Shown here: one piece after another, positions 18,659-28,111 of the stretch
Numbering within the stretch: the stretch's first letter is position 1
Layout of the letters: every line of letters starts with the position of its first letter
Source of the DNA: Nanobdellota archaeon
Lineage (GTDB): Archaea > Nanobdellota > Nanobdellia > Pacearchaeales > GW2011-AR1
Reading direction: 5' to 3'
Assembly (NCBI GenBank): GCA_038045945.1
Contig: JBBSXC010000001.1
Span: forward strand, 52,592-116,591
Length of the DNA: 64,000 nt
Notes under the pieces: generated by a model
What the model saw: only the letters and a program-made list of their open reading frames with translations
Database searches by the model: none
What the model was told of the DNA's origin: nothing
Position numbers and translations under genes: made by a program

Positions 18659-19183
18659 ATGGTTAAAGAAAATGATTCTAATCCTGTTAAGGAGTCTAAA
18701 GAGGGTAAGCTTGATAAGTTTAGAGCTAATTATGAAAAGTTAGCTAAGAAGCATTCTTTACCTTCTTTTGATATGCTTAATAATTATTTTGATATTGAGG
18801 AATTGTCTAGTAAGAGTACTGATAGGGTTTTGAGGATTATTAGAAGAAGAATTACTGAGAAGACTAGTTCATACTTGAGATTCATGGAAGTTTTCCTTAA
18901 TCCTTCACAAGCACCCTTATTTTACATGGTTTTGACTAAGAATATGCCTGATGAGGGTAGGAAGATCATTAATGAGTCTTATTTTGATCTTGGTAGGATT
19001 GAGATTGATCATTTGCGTATGGAACTGCAGGATTATGATGAAAAAGCAGAATCTGAATTAATTAAGGATTTTTGTGCTATTTGGTCAACTGTTAAGAAAC
19101 AAATGAAGGTTTTAGTGGAAATTTTTGATAAGCAGTGGAAGCAGAAAAGGTCTGAGTCGCGAGAGAAAACTTATTTAGGATGA
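18659..19183 (+). CDS. hypothetical protein
   Basis: 174-aa charged helical protein. Confidence 0.4.
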   Translation: MVKENDSNPVKESKEGKLDKFRANYEKLAKKHSLPSFDMLNNYFDIEELSSKSTDRVLRIIRRRITEKTSSYLRFMEVFLNPSQAPLFYMVLTKNMPDEGRKIINESYFDLGRIEIDHLRMELQDYDEKAESELIKDFCAIWSTVKKQMKVLVEIFDKQWKQKRSESREKTYLG

Positions 19184-19227
19184 TAATTTACAACAGATAT
19201 TAATATAAATAGATAAATCTGGTTTTA

Positions 19228-19611
19228 TTGATGGCTGGTAGCGTTGATACACTAGTTGATTCTTACGTTGTTTCTCTTGCTAAACATTTTGTTTGTGAGG
19301 ATGGGGAAAATTTTGATTTTTTGAGAGATGCTTACTTATCAAACTATAATCTTTTAGGAATGATTGCTCACCGAGGTTTGAGAGATGTTAGAGATAGGAA
19401 AAGCTTTTGCGATCTATCTGAGATGACCCTTGGTTTGTATGATCTTATGATAACGATGAATGTCGATTACTCTAGGGACAGTTTTTTGTTTGATGAATTA
19501 GAAGCTACTAAGGCATTAATGGAAACTGAAGAATTCATTAATGAAGCCCCTGATTCTTATTGGAATGATGATAATAATTGGTCTATTGATTCAAGACCAA
19601 TAGTTAGATAG
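19228..19611 (+). CDS. hypothetical acidic protein
   Basis: 127 aa, acidic C-terminus. Confidence 0.4.
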   Translation: MMAGSVDTLVDSYVVSLAKHFVCEDGENFDFLRDAYLSNYNLLGMIAHRGLRDVRDRKSFCDLSEMTLGLYDLMITMNVDYSRDSFLFDELEATKALMETEEFINEAPDSYWNDDNNWSIDSRPIVR

Positions 19612-19642
19612 ATTATTTAAACATTATTCCCTTGCCCTTTTC

Positions 19643-20356
19643 ATGACTGTTGATTTTAATGATTTGATTGATAATTATCTTAAGAAGGAGTCTTATCCTC
19701 GTACTATTGGTAGGTATTGGCCTAGTGAGGCTGGTGGATGCTTGAGGAAGAATTGGTATAGTTTCAGGATTCCTAAACCTGTTGATAAGCCTTTATCTAG
19801 AATATTTGAGGCTGGTAATATGATTCATGAGTTTGTTGCTGATGTAATTCAGTCTGATAAGAATAGTCATGTTGAACTCCTTGATAAGGAGTTGCCAATT
19901 AAGATTCAGAGAGATGGTTATGTTGTTTCTGGTAGGATTGATGACTTAATACTTGTTTTGTTAGAGGGCAGGGAGTACTTGGTTGAGGTTAAGTCTACAA
20001 AGTATTTGCCTGTTCAGCCCCGTGTTGAGCATTTGATGCAGTTGCAATTATATATGAGTTCTTTGGGCGTTCACGATGGTATTATGCTTTATATTAAGAA
20101 GGATGATTTGCAAACTAAGCAGTTTAGTGTTGATTATGATGAATCGCAAGTTTTGGAGGTTTTGGAAAGGTTTGATAAGTTGCATAAACACTTAGTTAGT
20201 GATAAGATCCCAGAGGCTGAGGCTAAAACTGTTTATGACAAAAATTGGATGTGTGCTTTTTGTCCTTATCTTAAGGAGTGTGATGAAGAAGTAATTAGGA
20301 GTAAGGTTGTTCGCGACTTGGAAAATTCTAAGAATCAAGAATTAGTTGGCAGTTGA
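19643..20356 (+). CDS. Cas4-like PD-(D/E)xK nuclease with Cys cluster (stand-alone, no CRISPR)
   Basis: GRIDDL...LVEVKST (D..EVK core), Q-rich motif, N-terminal Cys (GGCLRK) plus C-terminal C-x2-C-x5-C (CAFCPYLKEC). Confidence 0.6.
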   Translation: MTVDFNDLIDNYLKKESYPRTIGRYWPSEAGGCLRKNWYSFRIPKPVDKPLSRIFEAGNMIHEFVADVIQSDKNSHVELLDKELPIKIQRDGYVVSGRIDDLILVLLEGREYLVEVKSTKYLPVQPRVEHLMQLQLYMSSLGVHDGIMLYIKKDDLQTKQFSVDYDESQVLEVLERFDKLHKHLVSDKIPEAEAKTVYDKNWMCAFCPYLKECDEEVIRSKVVRDLENSKNQELVGS

Positions 20357-20737
20357 GTTTTTTGCTAGGTTTGTTGATGATCCTATTGTTAGTAGGAATG
20401 ATTGCACGTTTCTTGATTCCCAATTTTTAGGATAAATAATTTTTGTTTTGTTTCCGAACTTGTTTATTAGCATTATGTTTTGTATTATTCTTGCTAGTGT
20501 TTCTGCTCTCATTTTTCCTTCAGTATTTTTTAGTTCTTCCAAATTTATTATGAATGATACTCCTTTTTGTTTTGCTATTTTGCATAATACTTGGTTTAGT
20601 CCTGAGTCTCTTTCGTATAATGAGTCGCGTTTGTTGTCAGAGTGGTTTAGTACTAAGAATTTTGTTTTTTTGTTTTCTATTATTTGTCTGTTTTGGTCTG
20701 AGTTTCCTCCGTAGAATAATCCTTCTTTTTCTTTCAT
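20342..20737 (-). CDS. RNase P protein component 3 (Rpp30)-like, N-terminally reduced
   Basis: GVSFIINLEEL..KMRAETLARIIQNIMLINKFGNKTKII aligns with C-terminal half of Rpp30 (GLAFELVYSPAI..MRRYTISSALNLMQICKGKNVII); only 131 aa. Confidence 0.45.
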   Translation of the reverse strand: MKEKEGLFYGGNSDQNRQIIENKKTKFLVLNHSDNKRDSLYERDSGLNQVLCKIAKQKGVSFIINLEELKNTEGKMRAETLARIIQNIMLINKFGNKTKIIYPKNWESRNVQSFLLTIGSSTNLAKNSTAN

Positions 20738-20739
20738 GA

Positions 20740-21429
20740 CTATATTGTTATTTCTGTGCCTATAAATTCTTTTCCTTCTATTAGGTTAACAAAGTTTTTC
20801 ACGTCGTTTCCTATGATGAATGTTTTTATTTTTTTGTTCATTACTATTTTTGCTGCTTCTTGGTCTATTACGAAGTGTTGTCCTGGTGTAAACTTCATTT
20901 TGTTTGCCATTTTTTTCATTTCTTTAGCGCTTATTTTGCTTATTAGTTTAGCATCCTTGTTTTTTCTTGGGTCGCTTGTGTATAGTCCGTTAACGTTTGT
21001 TAGATTGATGAATTCTGCGTTTAGGAAGCTTGCTAGTTTGGCTGATGTTGAGTCGCTTGTTTGTTTATCAGCGTATCTTAATGCTCCGCAGAATACTATG
21101 TCGTGTTTGTTCAGTAGTCTGTCTACGTGTTTCATATCGTGGGGTATTCCTTCGTCTGGGTCGTGGTCGAAGAAGTAGCTTACGAATCTTGCGTTTGTTC
21201 TGGTTATTGATATTCCCATCAGGCTTTGTAATCGTTCTGATACTCCTGCTTTTTTTAGTGAGTTTATGTATGTTCTTGCTACGCTTCCTCCTCCGCATAC
21301 TATCACGAACTTGTTTTTTCTTGATAATTTTTTTATTGCTGTTTTTATTTCTGTTAAGAATTCGTTATCAACGCCGCTGCTAGGCACTATTAAGCTGCCG
21401 CCAAGACTTAGCACAAAAACCCTCTTCAT
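20740..21429 (-). CDS. pyrH: uridylate (UMP) kinase, archaeal type
   Basis: VFVLSLGGSLI amino-acid-kinase fold N-terminus, VIVCGGGSVAR, 229 aa. Confidence 0.85.
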   Translation of the reverse strand: MKRVFVLSLGGSLIVPSSGVDNEFLTEIKTAIKKLSRKNKFVIVCGGGSVARTYINSLKKAGVSERLQSLMGISITRTNARFVSYFFDHDPDEGIPHDMKHVDRLLNKHDIVFCGALRYADKQTSDSTSAKLASFLNAEFINLTNVNGLYTSDPRKNKDAKLISKISAKEMKKMANKMKFTPGQHFVIDQEAAKIVMNKKIKTFIIGNDVKNFVNLIEGKEFIGTEITI

Positions 21430-21510
21430 TTAGTCATCCTCTCTTTAGTCTTAATGTGTACTAACTACTATTTAAATGTTTGAGGATTATTTTATAGTAA
21501 CAAAAGATCC

Positions 21511-21798
21511 TTATTTTATTATGAATATTTTGTCGTTGGTTACGTCGAAGAATCCTAGTTTTGATCCTGTGTCTAGCCATCCGTGCGCGTAGTTTAGTGC
21601 CGCAAAACAGTTTACTAAATCTTCCTTTTTTTTGAAGTATTCTGCGTCGCTTATGTATCTTGATGCCATATCTAGTATTGTTTCTGCTTCTTCTTTGTGT
21701 GATTTGTTTATTGCTTCTTTTGCTTCTTTGAATGCGCTTTTTGATATCTCAAAATATTTTTCTATTTTTTCTGGTGTTATTTTGTCTGATTTTTTCAT
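21511..21798 (-). CDS. conserved hypothetical protein
   Basis: 95-aa helical protein downstream of pyrH. Confidence 0.35.
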   Translation of the reverse strand: MKKSDKITPEKIEKYFEISKSAFKEAKEAINKSHKEEAETILDMASRYISDAEYFKKKEDLVNCFAALNYAHGWLDTGSKLGFFDVTNDKIFIIK

Positions 21799-21897
21799 GT
21801 TTATTTGATGTTTTCTCTCCTTATAAATTTAAACCATTTCTTGGCTGATGATACTAAAGTTTATATACGATTTTTGTCCTTTTAGTTATAGCTTAAC

Positions 21898-24135
21898 ATG
21901 AAAGAAATAAGAGGTGGTAAAGTACTTTTGGGTTTTTTGTTAATAATTGTTTTCTTATTTTCCTTATTTCTTTTTGCTAATAATGGTTCTTATTCTGGTT
22001 TAGCTGTTTATAATTTTGGCCCTTTTGATGATAGTAATAGTTTTGGTCTTTGGACTTCTAGTGGTTCTAGTATGGACGGTTCTTACTCTATTGACAATCA
22101 AGTTTTTTCTGGTGGTACTGGTAGTTTGAAGGGTTCTACAGCCGGTCATAATAAGTCTTTTGTTGGCGTTACTCTTAGTCAGAAGCTTTCTCCTAATATG
22201 ACTCAGAATGGTGAATACCTCAATTTTTATTGGCGTAAGTCTTATCAGAATTCTTTATCTGTTACTAATAATATGTCTATTATTCTTTTAAGACCTGATA
22301 ATAGTAAGGTTGTTTTGTGGAATGATTTGTCTAATAATTATGATTCTTGGTCTGGTGAATCTGTTCAGATTAATTCTTTTAATCAACAGGGGGATTATTA
22401 TCTGGTTTTGGGTTGTGATTTGAAAACTGGTGAACTTTCTGATAATTCTTCTTCTACTTCTTGTTATTTTGATGAGGTAGTTATTGATACTCAGGGGAGT
22501 CCTTCTTCGCCCATTAGCCCTTTCTTTTATTCTTATCAGCAAACTCCTTCTAGTGGTGTTTCTTATAATGTTTCTACGGTTTATGATTTTAGGGTTTCTG
22601 TTTCTAATTCTGATGGTAAACCTTGGATTGATTTGGATAGTGCTAATAGGAGTCTTTCTCAAGTTTCTGGTAATACTTATCGTTTATTGGCCAGTAATTT
22701 GAGTGCTGGTACGCATTCTTTTTATTATTGGAGTTGGAATAATGGCGGTATTGCTAGTAGAGCTAGGAATTCTTCTCCTGTTATGACTTATCAGGTAACT
22801 AAAGGTTTTGGGGAGCTTAAGACTATTATTAATGGTTATAGGGGCGATTACACTGTTTCTAACAACACTGTTATTTGTTTTTCTGTTATTGCTCCAGATT
22901 CTGCTGATGGTTTGAGAACTATTTCTGTTAATGGTAAGTTGTTTGGTAAGCACGATAGTAACTTTCAGAATTGTACTTCTTTCTCTACCCCTCAGGTTGT
23001 TAATATTAGTTCTTATTGGGATGGCGGTACTAACTACTTTTCTGATTCTGAGTCATGGCAACTTAGAGTTATTAAGGAGTCTGAAATAGTTAATTATAAT
23101 GAGACTGTGATTAAGGTTCTTTCACCTTTCAATATAGATTATTCTTCTGATACTAAATTTTTAGATTTCTCTCTTGTTTCTAATACTGATCTTCGTGAGT
23201 GTCGTTATTCCTTAAACGGTTTAGAATCAGTACTTATGGATAAGGCTAATGGTACTTCTTTCTCTAAAAACGTTATTACAACTCCTGGCTCTCACCAATT
23301 GTTCTTTATATGTAAGGATAATCTTGGTACTGTTTTTAATGTTCAACCAGTTATTAATTTTAATGTTAAGGATCAGCCTAAAGTTGGTGTTATTAAGTCT
23401 AATTTGAATTTTTCTTCAGTTAATGATTCTTGTACTCCTTCTTGGAAGTGTTCAGAGTGGTCTGATTGTTCTGCTGTTTCTTATGATCCTAGTGAAATAA
23501 TTAGTGGTAAGATTGATGTTAGGGGTGAGCAGAGGAGGATTTGTTATGATACTACTATTTGTAAGAATGCGGTTATTGAGAAGCAGGTTTGTGATGTTAG
23601 GATCCCTGTTAGGGCTGAGGCTAAGTTTTGGTGTGAACAAAACTATATTGAGATTTATGATTTAGTTACTAACCAGTTAGTTAGTAGGATTAAGGAGAGG
23701 GATATTGGCAATACTAAGACTGCTGATATTGGTTTTGTTATGAGTGAATTTGGTGATTATTGTGATTATTGTTATAATGATGCTCGTGATTTTGATGAAG
23801 CTGGTATTGATTGTGGTGGTAAAAATTGTCCTGCTTGTTACAATAAGAGTTCGCAGAAGGCTCTTTCTTCTAATGCTTTAAGGTTTTCTTTAACTATTAT
23901 TGAAGTTTTAGTTTTGGGTAGCATTATTTCTTACTTGTTTTATTGGTTGATTGTTAAAAGGTTGTGGGCTGGTGAAGAGTCTGAAGAGTTGGTTAGTCCT
24001 GCGATGTCGCTTGTTAAGCAGGCTATGAAGAGGGGTTATTCTAAGGACCAAATTTATGAATTGTTCAAGAAGAAGGGTTGGAAGGATAGGGATATTGATC
24101 AGTTAATAAGGGAATCGCAAAAAAAGTTTGATTAA
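21898..24135 (+). CDS. large cell-surface protein (signal/TM anchor, Cys-rich region, C-terminal TM and cytoplasmic tail)
   Basis: N-terminal hydrophobic helix, S/T/N-rich extracellular repeats, Cys-rich segment, TM LTIIEVLVLGSIISYLFYWLIV. Confidence 0.6.
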   Translation: MKEIRGGKVLLGFLLIIVFLFSLFLFANNGSYSGLAVYNFGPFDDSNSFGLWTSSGSSMDGSYSIDNQVFSGGTGSLKGSTAGHNKSFVGVTLSQKLSPNMTQNGEYLNFYWRKSYQNSLSVTNNMSIILLRPDNSKVVLWNDLSNNYDSWSGESVQINSFNQQGDYYLVLGCDLKTGELSDNSSSTSCYFDEVVIDTQGSPSSPISPFFYSYQQTPSSGVSYNVSTVYDFRVSVSNSDGKPWIDLDSANRSLSQVSGNTYRLLASNLSAGTHSFYYWSWNNGGIASRARNSSPVMTYQVTKGFGELKTIINGYRGDYTVSNNTVICFSVIAPDSADGLRTISVNGKLFGKHDSNFQNCTSFSTPQVVNISSYWDGGTNYFSDSESWQLRVIKESEIVNYNETVIKVLSPFNIDYSSDTKFLDFSLVSNTDLRECRYSLNGLESVLMDKANGTSFSKNVITTPGSHQLFFICKDNLGTVFNVQPVINFNVKDQPKVGVIKSNLNFSSVNDSCTPSWKCSEWSDCSAVSYDPSEIISGKIDVRGEQRRICYDTTICKNAVIEKQVCDVRIPVRAEAKFWCEQNYIEIYDLVTNQLVSRIKERDIGNTKTADIGFVMSEFGDYCDYCYNDARDFDEAGIDCGGKNCPACYNKSSQKALSSNALRFSLTIIEVLVLGSIISYLFYWLIVKRLWAGEESEELVSPAMSLVKQAMKRGYSKDQIYELFKKKGWKDRDIDQLIRESQKKFD

Positions 24136-24191
24136 AATCTTTAACCTATTAGTGTTTTTATGCTGAGAAAACTTTTAAGTTTTCGAGGCAA

Positions 24192-24782
24192 TCAAGAAGC
24201 ACTTATAAGCTTCTTTATGTCTAAGTACTTTGTTATTATGAATCTGCTTCCGGCTAGGTCTGATAGTACTGCTGTTATAGAATAATTTTTGTAAGCGGCA
24301 TTGAATACTCCTTCTGTTGGGTATGTTTTTGCTAGGTTTGCGAAGTCTGCTATTACTCTTTTTATTTCATCTTCCGATAATGTTACTGCTGTTGTTTCTT
24401 CTCCACCTGGCTTCTTTATCACTAATGGCTTTTCTGGCCCCTGGCATTCTACTACGTATACGTCTCCTCCTATAACCTCGCTTACTTTTCCTAAATCTAT
24501 TTTTTCTTCTTGATAAAACTTCTTGTTAGTTAAAGGAGTTGTTATTGTTTTGTTTTCTGTTTGTGGTGTTACAGTGGCGAATTTTACTTTTGGTAAGTCT
24601 TGCGGATTAATTCTTTCGTTTATTTCTTTTAGTATGTAATCTTTGTTTTTTATTACTTCTTTTAGTCTTCCTTTTATTTCTCTTCTTATTTCTTCACGGA
24701 ACTTGTTAGAATTAATGTTTACTAGTATTTCTCTTGTGAATTCTCTTAGGAAGAACCATGATTGTTCGTCACTGCTTAGCAT
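24192..24782 (-). CDS. hypothetical protein
   Basis: 196 aa. Confidence 0.4.
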   Translation of the reverse strand: MLSSDEQSWFFLREFTREILVNINSNKFREEIRREIKGRLKEVIKNKDYILKEINERINPQDLPKVKFATVTPQTENKTITTPLTNKKFYQEEKIDLGKVSEVIGGDVYVVECQGPEKPLVIKKPGGEETTAVTLSEDEIKRVIADFANLAKTYPTEGVFNAAYKNYSITAVLSDLAGSRFIITKYLDIKKLISAS

Positions 24783-24784
24783 TA

Positions 24785-25303
24785 TTACACCTTTGGTTCT
24801 TCTTTGACTTGGAATCTTGTTGGTCCTAAATCTATTCTTTCCATTCTTTGTCTAGTTATTTGAGGTATTGTTGGTTGTGGAAATGATCTATTGTTTTGTG
24901 ATCCTGGTGCCGGAGTCTCTCCGTACAATTTTTCTTTTAGGTCGTCTCCTAATAATGATAATCCTTTTGCTATTGTTTTGTTTTGGTCTAGTAGTGTGTT
25001 TAGTTTTCCTAAGAATTCTGCTTCTTTTTGTAAGTCTCCGCTTCCTACTGCTCCGCTAGGCCTAAAGTTTTTTTCTGCGAAGCTTCTTGCTGATACTTCG
25101 AATATTTGCAGTAGTTTGCTTATGTTCATTGTTAATAAGTCCATTTTTTCAGCGTTTGTTACTAGCACTTTTTGCAGCCTTACAAAGTTGTCTATTAGTA
25201 CTTGGTTTAGGTGTTCTGATCCTGATGTAGAAAATCCGCTTCTGTTTGATTCTTTGTGGCCGCTCACCCTTTTCTTAACCATAAAATATTCGAGGTTTAG
25301 CAT
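24785..25303 (-). CDS. hypothetical protein
   Basis: 172 aa. Confidence 0.4.
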   Translation of the reverse strand: MLNLEYFMVKKRVSGHKESNRSGFSTSGSEHLNQVLIDNFVRLQKVLVTNAEKMDLLTMNISKLLQIFEVSARSFAEKNFRPSGAVGSGDLQKEAEFLGKLNTLLDQNKTIAKGLSLLGDDLKEKLYGETPAPGSQNNRSFPQPTIPQITRQRMERIDLGPTRFQVKEEPKV

Positions 25304-25389
25304 ATTTATAAAGGTTATGCAGAGACTATGTGCTTTTGAGGAGATAAATCCTTAAAAGTGTCTTTTACTCTTTTTTTGTCGTGACTTGG

Positions 25390-26817
25390 ATGTTGTTTAA
25401 CTCTTTGCAGTTTTTGGTGTTTTTCTTAGTTGTTGTTTCATTATACTTTATTCTTCCTCATAAGTATCGTTGGTTTTTGTTGCTTGTTTCTAGTTACTAT
25501 TTTTATATGAGTTATCTTCCAGAGTACGTTCTTGTTTTGTTGTTTGCTACAGTCATGGACTATTTTTTGGCTATTAGGATAGCTTCAATTAAGGATTATA
25601 CTAAGAGAAAGTTATTCCTTGTTTTTAGTATTTTTTCTAATCTTGGTTTATTGTTTGTTTTTAAGTACTTTAATTTTTTTGGTGATTCTTTAAGGTCTCT
25701 TCTTAGTTTGGCTTCTTTGGATGTTAGTATTCCTTATAGCTCTTTGATTCTTCCTTTGGGTTTGTCTTTTCATACTTTTCAGAGTTTGGGTTATATGATC
25801 GAGGTTTATAGGGGTGAGATTAAACCTCAGAAGCATTTTGGTATTTTTGCTTTGTATATTGCTTTTTTTCCTCAGCTTGTTGCTGGGCCTATTGAGAGGG
25901 CTAAGAATCTTATTCCTCAGTTTTATGTGAGTCACAAATTTGATTTTTTGAGAATTGTTGGTGGTCTTAAGATTGTTCTTTGGGGTTTTTTCTTAAAGGC
26001 TGTTCTTGCTGACCGTTTGGCTGTTCCTGTTGATTATGCTTTCACTCATCCTTCTTGGCCTGGTGGTATTTCTCTTCTTTTGGCTACAATATTTTTTGCT
26101 TTCCAAATCTATGGCGATTTTGCTGGTTATACTTTCATTGCTATTGGTACTGCTAAAATTATGGGTTTTTCTTTAATGGATAATTTTCGCAGGCCTTACT
26201 TGTCTGGGTCTTTCGTTGATTTTTGGCGTAGGTGGCATATTTCTTTGTCTTCTTGGTTTAGGGATTACTTGTATATTCCTCTAGGTGGTAGTAAGAAGGG
26301 TTTTGTTAGGACTCTTGTTAATTTGTTTATTGTTTTCTTACTTAGTGGTTTGTGGCATGGTGCTGCTTGGACTTTCGTTATTTGGGGTATTATTCACGGA
26401 TTATTAGTAATTGGTAATACTTTAGTTATCAAGCTTAGTGGTAAGAAAAAGAAGGTTAAGCATAATTTTGGTACAGGCATTATTAATTTCTTTAAGTCTG
26501 TCTTTGTTTTCTCTTTTGTTTGTTTTGCTTGGATTTTTTTCCGTGCTAATTCTGTTTCTGATGCTTTAATAATCATTAAAAGGATTTTTTCTTGGACTGC
26601 TCCTAAAATTATTACTTTGAGTTTGACTTCTATTGATTTGTCTATTGCTGTTTTCTTAATTTTGTTTGTTATGATTGTTGATTTCTTTACTGAGAAAAGG
26701 TTTTTTGGCGATAAGACTCCTTGGTGGGCAGAATTATTGTTTTATCTTTTGGTTTTTTGGTTTATTATTATTTTAGGCTCCTTTGGGGGTAGGGAGTTTA
26801 TTTACTTCCAATTTTAG
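25390..26817 (+). CDS. MBOAT-family membrane O-acyltransferase (AlgI/DltB-like)
   Basis: FFPQLVAGPIERA and WRRWHISLSSWFRDYLYIPLGG (catalytic His region); ATG at 25390, ORF track starts at GTG 25381. Confidence 0.85.
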   Translation: MLFNSLQFLVFFLVVVSLYFILPHKYRWFLLLVSSYYFYMSYLPEYVLVLLFATVMDYFLAIRIASIKDYTKRKLFLVFSIFSNLGLLFVFKYFNFFGDSLRSLLSLASLDVSIPYSSLILPLGLSFHTFQSLGYMIEVYRGEIKPQKHFGIFALYIAFFPQLVAGPIERAKNLIPQFYVSHKFDFLRIVGGLKIVLWGFFLKAVLADRLAVPVDYAFTHPSWPGGISLLLATIFFAFQIYGDFAGYTFIAIGTAKIMGFSLMDNFRRPYLSGSFVDFWRRWHISLSSWFRDYLYIPLGGSKKGFVRTLVNLFIVFLLSGLWHGAAWTFVIWGIIHGLLVIGNTLVIKLSGKKKKVKHNFGTGIINFFKSVFVFSFVCFAWIFFRANSVSDALIIIKRIFSWTAPKIITLSLTSIDLSIAVFLILFVMIVDFFTEKRFFGDKTPWWAELLFYLLVFWFIIILGSFGGREFIYFQF

Positions 26818-26818
26818 T

Positions 26819-27979
26819 ATGGACAAAAGAATGTTTTTCTTATCGGTAATTGTTGTTTTGTTATTTTTAATGCCTTTGATTGTTCAGTTACTTTTGCCTT
26901 TTGGTTATGATAGTTTTCGCATTTGGGATTCTGTTTCTAGGGCTTTTATTAATTCTGATAAGCCTTTTTATTCTAATATTAACATTAGTAGGGTCGAGGT
27001 TGGTGATTTGGCTCATGGTACCGAGTTTGAGGTTAATAGGTCTGTTACTTGGTTTACTGATAGTAGAGGTTTTAGGACGCAAGAGTCTATTGATGATTTT
27101 TATGATGTTGTTATTCTTGGTGACTCTACTATTGCTGGTGCTGGTTTGAGTCAGGAGGATATGCTTTATTCTGTTATTAGTAATAAGACTGGTTTGAGGG
27201 TTTATTCTATGGGTCAGGTTGGTATTAATCGTTTTTTGAGTGATTCTCGTTTTGTTCTTAATCCTCCTAAAGTTTTGGTTTTTGGTGTTCTTGAGAGGAA
27301 TATGAATAATATTGATGTGTTGAATAAAAGTGTTATTGTGAGGAGTAAATACTTTTTTCCTATTAAGGAGAGGCTTGTTGATTTGCTTGATCGTTCTTTA
27401 AAACTTAATTTTATTAGAAAGAAGATTTCTCCTTCTATTTCTTCTGATAATTTAGCTGTTAATAATAGTACTAGGATGGTTTTTTATGATGTTTCTCTTA
27501 CTCAACAATTAACTAATTCTTTTGTTGTTACACAGTTGGTTGATGAAATTTCTTCTTATAATGATTTGTTAGCTGATCGTAATATTACTTTGATATTTTT
27601 GCCTGTTCCTAATAAGGAGACTGTTTATTATGATGATTTGCCTCAGAATTTTAAGAATAGGTATTCTAAGTCTAATTTTACTTCTCATATTTCTTTCTTA
27701 ACTAATAATGCTGGTGTTAAAACTGTTGATTTATTACCTATTTATAATAAAGAAAAATCTCAGAGTTTTTTGTATCAGTTGGATGATACTCATTGGAATA
27801 GGGATGGTGTTTTGATTGCTGCTGATGAGGTTATTAAACTGATGAATGTTTCCGACATTAATCACTCTGTTTTTAAGAAGCCTATTGTTAGTGATTTGGT
27901 TTTTGAGTTGTTAGTTTATGAGGCTTTTTTCTTACTTTTCGTTCTTGCTTTTCTTCTTAGAATTTTTGATCGTAAATGA
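26819..27979 (+). CDS. AlgJ/AlgX/DltD-like (DHHW-motif) periplasmic partner of MBOAT
   Basis: N-terminal TM, LDDTHWNRDG (D-x-H-W motif); ATG at 26819 immediately after MBOAT stop. Confidence 0.6.
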   Translation: MDKRMFFLSVIVVLLFLMPLIVQLLLPFGYDSFRIWDSVSRAFINSDKPFYSNINISRVEVGDLAHGTEFEVNRSVTWFTDSRGFRTQESIDDFYDVVILGDSTIAGAGLSQEDMLYSVISNKTGLRVYSMGQVGINRFLSDSRFVLNPPKVLVFGVLERNMNNIDVLNKSVIVRSKYFFPIKERLVDLLDRSLKLNFIRKKISPSISSDNLAVNNSTRMVFYDVSLTQQLTNSFVVTQLVDEISSYNDLLADRNITLIFLPVPNKETVYYDDLPQNFKNRYSKSNFTSHISFLTNNAGVKTVDLLPIYNKEKSQSFLYQLDDTHWNRDGVLIAADEVIKLMNVSDINHSVFKKPIVSDLVFELLVYEAFFLLFVLAFLLRIFDRK

Positions 27980-27982
27980 TTA

Positions 27983-28054
27983 TGGGTCCGGAGAGATTCG
28001 AACTCTCATCCTTCGCTCTGGAGGCGAAGAGACTAACCGTTATCCTACGGGCCC
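27983..28054 (-). tRNA. tRNA-Trp (anticodon CCA)
   Basis: acceptor GGGCCCG/CGGACCC (one C-A mismatch), anticodon stem TTCGC/GCGAA with loop CTCCAGA, T-arm GAGAG-TTCGAAT-CTCTC; no intron. Confidence 0.8.
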
Positions 28055-28111
28055 TTTGCTAGTTATTGTTTGGAATGAAATGCTTAAAAATGTTGCTAAC
28101 TAAGAATTATC

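Noticed and set aside
21030-21383. Arg-rich ORFs on both strands inside pyrH (117 aa plus-strand, 76 aa minus-strand)
   Set aside because: They overlap the well-supported UMP kinase frame. Their composition is a codon-phase artefact.
22288-22953. R/I/N-rich minus-strand ORFs (124 and 89 aa)
   Set aside because: They are antisense to the large surface-protein gene. Low complexity.
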